Below, piece after piece: positions 55,251-64,000 of a stretch of DNA of 64,000 bases. The notes under the pieces were generated by a model, which ran no database searches, was not told where the DNA came from, and was given only the letters and a program-made list of their open reading frames with translations. The DNA lies in NCBI RefSeq assembly GCF_009914755.1, contig NC_060938.1; one strand, written 5' to 3'. The DNA comes from the human T2T-CHM13v2.0 reference genome, Homo sapiens. The translations under genes and the position numbers were made by a program. Positions within the stretch are counted from its first letter, which is position 1; the number at the start of each line of letters is the position of its first letter.

Positions 55251-55319
55251 CGGGATGGGGCAAGAAAGAAATGCAAAGTAAATATTGACTTTAAAACTGA
55301 AAGGCTTATTGTGTTTCTC

Positions 55320-55473
55320 TATTTCTTAAATTAAATGTAAGCTTCTTGAGATTATATCTATTTCACTATTTTATTCCCCCAGAGCCTGGCACAGTGCCTA
55401 GCTCACAGCAAGCACTCAGTGAGTAACAAAGGAAAAAAGGAAGGAAGGAAGAAAGGAAGGAAGGAAGGAAGGA
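55320..55473 (+). mobile_element. L2 3' end with (GGAA)n tail
   Basis: aatgtaagcttcttgag...attccccagagcctggcacagtgcctagctcacagcaagcactcagt followed by (GGAA)n. Confidence 0.75.
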
Positions 55474-57247
55474 AATTTTAACTTGCCAGCTATCTATCAA
55501 CACAGTTAACACTTGTGTAAGGATATGAGATCAATATTTATGCATAGTCTGAACACACCAGCATTCTGAAATGAAAATATTCTACTCTTTATTCCCAATT
55601 TAGGCATTCAGTAAATAGTGTTACTGATTATGATAATGCTGAAAGTCTCTACAAGACACTTCTGTGCAGAAAATAACAGTGCTGATATCAAAATATTAAT
55701 AAATGTTAAAAGTAGGTAGATTTATTGGCTCGATGAATACACAAAGGCTCGTCCATTAAATAGGAAACTGATAAGAAGAACCTTGTCCTTCTGAGCCCAA
55801 AGAGGCATATGATAATTAAAGTTCATGTAATCAGGCCTTGTAAACTCAATTCTCTAAATAAATTGTTTAGAAAAAACTCCAAACCAAAGAATGATCATTT
55901 GTCTCTGAAAAAGTGGGGGAAAAAAAGTATGACTGTGAGGCACATAATTTGTAGAAGCAATCAACAAAATGCAAGCTTTATATTGGATTTAAACAAGAGC
56001 TTGCATCGAAGTTAAAGGAGTGTTCTTTATGGATTTAATTAAAATGTTGCATATAAGACCTTTCTAATCTTACTGTGCTGCAACTGTATTAAGACACTCA
56101 CATCAAAATATTTACATTTAAATATTTTATAACATCACACTTTAAAATATTAATGATGCCACAAGTAATCAGTGACATTTCTATAGCCTTTTCTGTAGTA
56201 AGTTTGCAAGAAAATAGCAGTCTAACTGTGTTATCTCTAGTCAGCTATTTGAAATTCAGCTTAGGAAAAACACCAGCTTGCCCATTTCTACAATTCTAAT
56301 GAAAACTCCTCTAAGAGCTTAACTTCTTGCTATTACAATTTGTTCTGATTCTGGTCTAGATAGTGGCACCAAAGGGAGGAAAAAAAACTGCTCTTGCATT
56401 GTTAAGTGCCACTACTGAGTTTAAATGCACTCCTTTTCAAAGAGATAGTTTTATTGAAAGGTTTCATTAAAAATATGAGAAAGGTAGCTATAAAACATAG
56501 CAAGTGAACAAGTCAATGTTATTGGTGTGTTCCTTACAGTGAAGGGATCTTTACAGATACCTAAGTGCTATTTAGAGACAGATGATGTTGCAAATATTGC
56601 ATTTGTATATAATAATAGCCTTTGTAATTATAAGATTCATTTCTTAATTTTTTTTTACTTGAAGGCATCAGAGAACTGCTACTGCTCTATAGTCACAGCT
56701 ATAACCTTTTTTCTGCTTTCTTTTTTCTTGTCACTGGCCAAAAGAGGCAACTGAGGAAGACATGACTCAAATTCTCATCTCTATAAAATGTCAAGCACAA
56801 GTTTTGCAGTGATGATAAATATAGCACAGACAATAAAAGTTGGCAGCATCACCTTCGAATATGAAAGATGATTATTCCATTCTTTGTTCCTTAGAGAAGC
56901 TAATTATTAGGGCTAATCATAAAGGAAGTTAATGACTAGAGGAATGGCAGCCAGGTGACAGAGACTCCAAAACCTGCAAACTCCAGCATAAATTTGCTAA
57001 GGGATTTCAGATGCATCCAGCTATCAATTTCTCTACTGAAAAAAAAAAAGCCATCATACTTACACAATACTTTGAGAAGTACTGAAGATACATTATTATG
57101 CTACCTTCATGTGGAGTTAATTATGGAGGGATAAAATAGTGATAGTCCTAGGTTTGGGGTTGAGATAGGAAACATACAGTTATGTGATGAAATAAATTCC
57201 TTGTGGCAGGGGATTTTCTGACTTGCAAATAAAGATCATATAAAATA

Positions 57248-57338
57248 ATGATGACTCACTCAGAGATTTTTTTAAAAATTGAAATCTCTTCTGAGCAATC
57301 TATACCAATGATGAAGCAGAAACTTGTTTTCTTTCTGA
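57248..57338 (+). ncRNA. Candidate orphan box C/D snoRNA-like sequence
   Basis: ATGATGA (57248) - CTGA (57291) - ATGATGA (57308) - CTGA (57335) in unique DNA; motif pattern only, no expression or homology evidence. Confidence 0.25.
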
Positions 57339-57613
57339 TCATTCTAAGTCAGTTCTCAATGCTGTTTCTAATTGCTAAAAGAATTAACCCTTCTGATACT
57401 TCTGCCCATGTATTGTAAGTTTTTTCTCTTTTTCTCCTTGAAGAATATGTTTCTTAAAGAAAATTTCTTTTTCCTTTCTTGGAATTCAAAAGTTTTATCA
57501 CACAGCTAACTGTCCTGATGATACCAGAGGTCAGGTCAGCATGCATATGTTCCTTCCTATAGAAGAGAAATGTCTACTGCATTTCTTTAAAATATACTTA
57601 ATTCATATTTATT

Positions 57614-57961
57614 TGATATGGTTTGGCTCTGTGTCCCCACCAAAATCTCATGCCAAAATGTAATTCCCAGTGTTGGAGGAGGGGCCTAGTGGGAGGTGAT
57701 TACATCATCGGGGCGGTTTCTATTGTTTTACCCCTAGTGCTGGTTGTTTAAAAGTGTGTAGCACCTACCCCTACTCTCTCTCTTCCTCCTTCTCTGGCCA
57801 TGAAAAGACGTGCTTTGCTTCCCCTTCACTTTCAGCCATGATTGTAAGTTTCCTGAGGCCTCCCCAATCATGCAGAACTTTGAGTCGATTAAGCTTCTTT
57901 TCTTCATAAATTATCCAGTCTCGGGTAGTTTTTTATGGCAATGTGAGAATGAACTAATACA
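57614..57961 (+). mobile_element. MSTA-like MaLR solo LTR
   Basis: tgatatggtttggctctgtgtcccc...gtgagaatgaactaataca; TSD ttatt/atatt. Confidence 0.92.
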
Positions 57962-59199
57962 ATATTTAGTGTGTTAAAACATATTTTACTGAACTTAAAG
58001 TAGCAGGACTTTTAGTTTTTTTCTAAACATATCATTCAAAAAATTGGGAAGATAGGCTTGACTTTTCGAATCACATAATCTAGTGATTCTAGTAAGATAA
58101 AAAGCAGAGACACCAATACGATAAAACACATAAACCTGTTCTTTTACCCCAATCCACCTTTATTCATTGAGCCTCAACAGTAGATGACATTTTACAGAAC
58201 ATGCATGACTTTCTTCTCTGTATTTCAGAAATTTGCATTCTAAAGCCCAATGTCCCACAGCAATCACTGTCGAAGCACAAAAACAAATTGCCTGAAATAA
58301 CTGGACAGTTTAGCTGGATCAGTGTGAATACTTTTAGACAGCTGAGTGACATTTCACTTAGCTTTAGATCTGGAGATGCAAATTTAATAAATAAAAAGCT
58401 TTCAAGACAATAGGCATATTTTATTCTTCTCCCTCCAGCAAGAAGCAATTTAATTCAAGAAGTATTTAACAAGAATGTACTGTTATACATGCTGTGGGGA
58501 GCTTTAGCAAAGTAGGAGATGGCATCCTATCTTCAAGTGGCTTACAATCAAATAGTATGGAGAAAGCATGCCTATTCATGAAATCGCTAAATGACAATAC
58601 TGTAATTGTGATAGGCAGAATTCTGAGATGACTTCCATTACCTCCCATACCTGATTCAGAAGGAGATGAAGTTTAGCAATTTGTGTGATGGGGAAAAAAA
58701 TAACCTTCATTTGGTTTAAGTAAGGTTAATGCAAAAATTCACAAATTATATTCAACACTTTCTCTACAGAGTATTCAGGGCATATTTTAATCAGTCAGAT
58801 GTTTAATATTAATTTAACTATTTGAGAGCACAAAAAGAGAACTGAGCTTACAAGCTTAGGGGTTGAGACAGGAGAATACATAAAACAATGAAATTACTGA
58901 GAAAATTTTCAGAAATAATTCCTATAATGCTATCTCTTGTCAACAGTAGTTCATTGACAAGAGATAGCATAATAAGATACAAATGTCAAGAAAGCTTCTG
59001 TGAAGAGGTTGGTCTTGTTTAGATTCACTGTTAATAGAGAAAGTGAAGGCCGCTGGAGGCAAGAAGGATAGAATGTATAAAGGCCCTGGAGGTAGGAAAA
59101 AGCACAACACTTCCATTTCAGCCACATTAATCTTTCCTTCCTTTAAGTTTTCATATGCTTTCTCATTCCTGTAACTAATCTGACACTAATTATATACTG

Positions 59200-59350
59200 T
59201 TATACTGGTTTTCTATTGCTTTGTAACAAATAACCACAAATTTAGCAGCTTCAAAAAACATCACTTTAAAATATATATATATATATATATAGTTCTGTAG
59301 TTCAGAAGTCCAGGTGGGCTCAAATGTGTTCTCTGGTTAAGGCTGAACTA
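59200..59350 (-). mobile_element. MLT1 LTR fragment with (TA)n
   Basis: ttctattgctttgtaacaaataaccacaaatttagcagcttcaaa...agttctgtagttcagaagtcc. Confidence 0.7.
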
Positions 59351-59969
59351 TATCAGGGTGCTGTTTTTAGCACTGCTATTATTGCTTCTTGAGAAATTAT
59401 TTCAGCAGCCTTTACTTCTCAGAATGTAAAGGCCTTAATGTAGAAATATTATATTTATATACTGTTGATATGCTTCTGGTTGGGCAGCAATCAGTCATCT
59501 GCAGATTTATGGTCATCTGAAATCATTGTTTGTCCTGCAAAACATTTTTTGCCTCTCCCTTTGTTGCAGCTCTGTCCTGAAGTGATTGAGTATTTTGTTT
59601 TCCCCTTTTAGTTCTTCCCAAGATAAATATCTGCAGAAAAACAATTGTCTCAAAAAATTGTTGTTGCTACAAAGCAGAGAATAGTTAAAAATAACAATTA
59701 ATATTCCTTCAAAAATCTTCAGAAGTTTAGACTTATATGACACAAATACATTCTTGAAAATTTGTCTGTGCCTCTGAAAGACTTCTACTCATTTCCCAAA
59801 AAGCACTTTTTAAGGCCATTTTTTCTGTTTTATGTTTTTCCTACCTCTGCCATCTTTCCTCCAGGAAGTTAAGGCTATGCCAAAAGAGTTTTCAGTAGTT
59901 GCCATATTCTTAAATATAAATCAGTAAAAACAATCAAGAATAGGTGACTTCAATGTATATTTACAGAGG

Positions 59970-60180
59970 AAAACCATGGGTCATAAAAAATTTAGGTTTT
60001 AGTTCAATTCTTCCACTTACTGACAGTTCCATCTTTTCTCTTTCCTAATCCCCAATTACCATATCTATAAAATGGAGGTAATCACCTACCCAGCAAAGGT
60101 CACAGAATAAAATTATGCCAAATGCATTAAAGTTATTTTAAAAGCAGCAAAGCGCTTTATAAATGCAATGCACTTAATTA
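59970..60180 (+). mobile_element. MIR relic
   Basis: ggttttagttc..ttccacttactgac...atctataaaatggaggtaatcacctacc. Confidence 0.55.
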
Positions 60181-60414
60181 TTAGCAAATTGAGATGATAA
60201 ATTATATACTATATGCTTGAATAACAGGGGCTCAAAATCTTATATTACTGCAAAGTCTAAGTCAAAATTGATTTCAAATCAATAAGCATTTATTGACTAA
60301 CCAAATATAATGTATCTGACTCAACATGATCAGCCCAAGATAAAAAATTTTATTTATTTTATTTTTATTGTAAATCTATTATTATTAATTGCATACAGTA
60401 TTAATATTATGTAT

Positions 60415-60625
60415 GCTAATTAGCATTGAGTTGCTATGATAAGTGCTTCACATGTACTATGTCATTTAATTCTCAAAACAACCATAACCATAAGAGATAG
60501 AACTCATTCTCTTCATTCTACAGATAAGTCAGGCATTCAAGGTTCAGAGAATGCCAAATACCTGCTAAAGTCACACAACTAATAAGTAGAAAGCCCGAGA
60601 TTAACACATAGTTTGTACAGTCTCC
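60415..60625 (-). mobile_element. MIR
   Basis: gtcatttaattctcaaaaca...cattctacagataag...aggttcagaga..aaagtcacacaactaataagt. Confidence 0.7.
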
Positions 60626-61518
60626 AAAACCCCTGTAATTTACTCCTTCATATACATTAGAATACAACAAAGAATAGTATATAACAAAACAAAATGATGT
60701 GGTACCTTACTAACTGCAATAAGAGAAAGGATCTGGACCAAGAAGGAAAGGCTACATGGAAGCAGTGATGTCGAATTGGAATATGAAGTGTAAACTTGTA
60801 GTTTGATTATTATTCCATGCAGCACTGAGTGTAGACTATGCGCAGAATGGATACTTAATAAATGCTTCTGAAAAAATAAAATAAAAGCAATTTTCCTAGA
60901 CCTGATACAGAGCATTTAATTTCAGAAGTCTACCTTCTAAGTTCATTGTTCTATCTTTTCCTTGATGAAATAAACTTTCTTCTCTAATTTACATGCCCTG
61001 TTTGACATTTAGTTTGTATCACCCAGACATACATAGGAACAGATACTCTGAGTTCCTATTGATGTTATCATCACTCTGAACCATGTTCATATCGAGAATC
61101 CATTTGAAAATCAGCCATGTAAAACTCTCTAAATGAAGATTTATTAAATAGTTATGAGTTCCTAAAAGACTCAGAATATGCAAAAGGATTTACTCTAAAG
61201 GAATACTTTCAAAACAAGACTTCATAAATAATAAAGAGAAATTTCCAATTGGTTAAATGACAAACCATTAGCCCTTTAATGCTGACTATTATATTCTTCC
61301 ATCTGGCAAGCTATTCATTTTTGTCTTTTAATTTGAACTAAAAGACCACTGGGCAAGATTTTATTTCCTTATTCTATATTCTAGGTTTCATTCAGTGTAT
61401 TGTTGAGGATATCATGCAAAATGAAAGTTTTGTATTTTATTCTTTGCTAAATATTAAAATTGAGCAATCAAAATAATTAAAGCAATTTCTTTCTACAGTC
61501 CTTCCAAAACTATCATTC

Positions 61519-62090
61519 TGCATCAGTCTAGACCCCTCATTTTATAAGTAATGAGAAACTCAGTTCAAACTGGTTTAAAAACTATAAAGAGGATTTATTG
61601 ACTCTGGTAACTGGAAGGTTCAGAGGAATGGAAGACTTCAGCATGGTTTGATTTATCAACTCAACAACAATATCAAGGCCCTGATTTCTTTCCCTTTCCC
61701 CTCTGCCTTTATTTCAACCAGCACCATCCAATATTTTTTCTTCTCTGGTGGTGACAAAAAAACATTTCCTGCATCATTTCCACATATTGAAATCACACTG
61801 TCCAGAAGGAGTGAAAGTACTGATTTTTCAGATCCCAGCAAACATCCCTTTCCCCCAAATTTCCTAAGCCACTGTAGAAAGCACTGACTGATTGGCTTAC
61901 ACTTTTATACTCTGAATACAGGGGCAAGAAGATGGGATTCACATGTCAGGGTTTAAAAAATTAGAACCCACCTTGGAATTGTGGATACAGTCATTTTCTA
62001 GCCCTCTCATTATACCCCAACTGCACGGATAATACAAAATGAGAGCAAGAAATAAGAGATAGTGAGGACACAACCACAGTATCCACTATA
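61519..62090 (-). mobile_element. MLT1K-like MaLR LTR
   Basis: aagtaatgagaaactcagttcaaactggtttaaa...ggatttattgactc..taactggaagg...atccactata. Confidence 0.65.
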
Positions 62091-63789
62091 CAATCCTAAC
62101 TGGCTAGTCTTTTTCTACATTTCAATAAATTGTTGTAAGTCTACATCATCCTTTAATCCACAAAATGTTCTAGGATCTTTCCAACAGCTACTCCCCTAGA
62201 TTCCTCCTCTACATTCCATGAACATAAGCAGACTTGTAGTCCTTCCTCATATTTCACGGAGTAAGCAGACTGTGAAAGCAGGCTTCAAACTGTAAATCAA
62301 AGTTAAAGTAAGAAAAGGCACCACCAATTATAACCAAGTATTTCATATACTAGCTTATCAAACATAGATTCCTGGACTCATACACTGACATGCTACAACA
62401 CTGGCATTCCAAAAGGGATACACAGATAGTGAGAGAGGGAAAAATAAGTGGCTCCACATTTCTGAGCACAGCCAGCCTGTCCAGACCCTGTGGGCATTTT
62501 CCTTGGGGGCAGGTACCTGAGCAGCAGAGCATAATTCCGCCTTTTTCATAAACTGGTAGCAATATTCATCTGTGTGGTGCCAACCTGTCCAGATACATGC
62601 TCAGTGGAAGACTGTGACACTAATGATTATTACATTAATACAAAAAAATGCTTTGGCTCATATCCTCAAGGAGACATTATTTTCTGGAAGAGGGCAAATT
62701 AATAGTACATATTTTAGTTGCTATGTGTCTAATGTACATTTTGCCAACTAAAACAAACTGCATAAAAACCCTACCCTGGAAACAAAAGATCTATAAAGGA
62801 AGAAAACAAAGAAAATGCCTATTTAAGAACAGAATATGGTTCAGTTTGAGCAATTCATTTCAAAAAGAGAAAATCATCATCAAAATAAGCAGTCATCTAC
62901 ACACATAACCATGACATTCAACTAAATATCCTTTTATCTTTGTTTATGTGACAACACTTATTTTCACTTTCAAATGGACTTCTGTGTTCTGAACCCTGAT
63001 TTATAAATGATATATGTAGCAAAGTTTCATAAAATTCATCAACCAGCAAAGCAAAGCTTTTAAAATCTCATTAAAACATGATTTGTTTGTCTAGTAACCA
63101 AAATACATTTTCTAATTTAAACTCAAAAAGCTTAATTAATTTAAATGCCACCTTGATTACCTCTACTATTGATCCAATGAAAGAATTTACTAACATGCTG
63201 AAAGAGTTGAATGCTAGTCTGTTTGCTTTTTTGTTATTTAGCACACTATAAAAATCACTGGATAATGTAAGAATCATGGTTTTGTGCTCCAAGCTAGAAA
63301 ATTTCTCACATAGCCATTATTACTGGGTAGAATTATAGAATCTTGTCAACTTTCATTCACAAATTTTTACTAATAAACATGTTGTCTTTTAAGAAGAAAT
63401 TGTTTTCACTCTCAAAATATTTTTCCCTCTAGTCTCCCTCGCAAAGGTCAAAGAAAAGTCTTAGATAAAAGAGGCAACAGCTTGGAAGTCTTAGTATATT
63501 CTCTCTCTTGCAGACCTCTTGTTTCTCATTTCTTATGAGAACTTATACTTTCAGTGAAAACATGCTTTCCAAAAATGAATTTTGCTAAATGGTGCAAAGA
63601 AAAGTCATAGTTTGAGTAAATTTGTTTTCTAATTATGAAAGGCAGCTGATAGCATAGGACAATTGAGGCAATTATAGTGATTTTTATTAATTTGCTATTA
63701 CTATTAGCACTTTAGTAAACATCCTTCTTTGAGAAATGAAGATATTTTTCAGTTACCATAAATAATGGCTGATATTTCAAGTAATTTGG

Positions 63790-64000
63790 TTACTGATCTG
63801 AGTTGGAGGCTGGAGGCCTAGGTCAGGCTGAAAGTAGAGTATACTGACCAGAGGTCCAGAGTATAGACACAAGGTTTATCAAGACACTATGTCTACGCAG
63901 TCTAGTGGAGGCATTACAACATGGGGACTAGGCACAGAGACAGAGGCCATGTGTGAGCTGGAAATGTTAGACAAGAATATATGGCAGAGATGAAGAGAAT
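63790..64000 (-). mobile_element. L2 relic
   Basis: Purine-rich ggaggcctaggtcaggctg...agtggaggcattacaacatggg; weak similarity only. Confidence 0.4.

Overview
Hominoid (human or African great-ape type) non-coding genomic DNA, AT-rich and roughly half interspersed repeats. I found no identifiable protein-coding exon, so no gene is named. Strand biases suggest a large intron of a minus-strand gene (inference). Main content: a full-length L1PB (9.0-16.1 kb) inserted at the tail of an L2; an L1MA whose coding region was replaced by a truncated L1PA7 (20.2-25.9 kb); a 5'-inverted L1PA2 (25.9-27.5 kb); a Tigger3b; an old two-LTR ERVL provirus with protease/RNase H/integrase remnants but apparently no RT (33.9-38.2 kb); a full-length SVA (42.7-44.2 kb); eight Alus with TSDs; MaLR/MLT2 LTRs; MIR/L2 relics; and a U13 snoRNA retrocopy. 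Most notable oddities: (1) 11 clustered A-to-G changes in the SVA SINE-R that look like fossilised ADAR editing; (2) a 69-bp locally templated insertion; (3) a nested fold-back palindrome at an MLT2 end; (4) a unique-sequence C-D'-C'-D box snoRNA-like arrangement; (5) a U13 copy whose 3' end carries the complement of its own missing 5' end. Subfamily calls rely on consensus sequences recalled from memory and need RepeatMasker/Dfam confirmation. Boundaries of old repeats are approximate.
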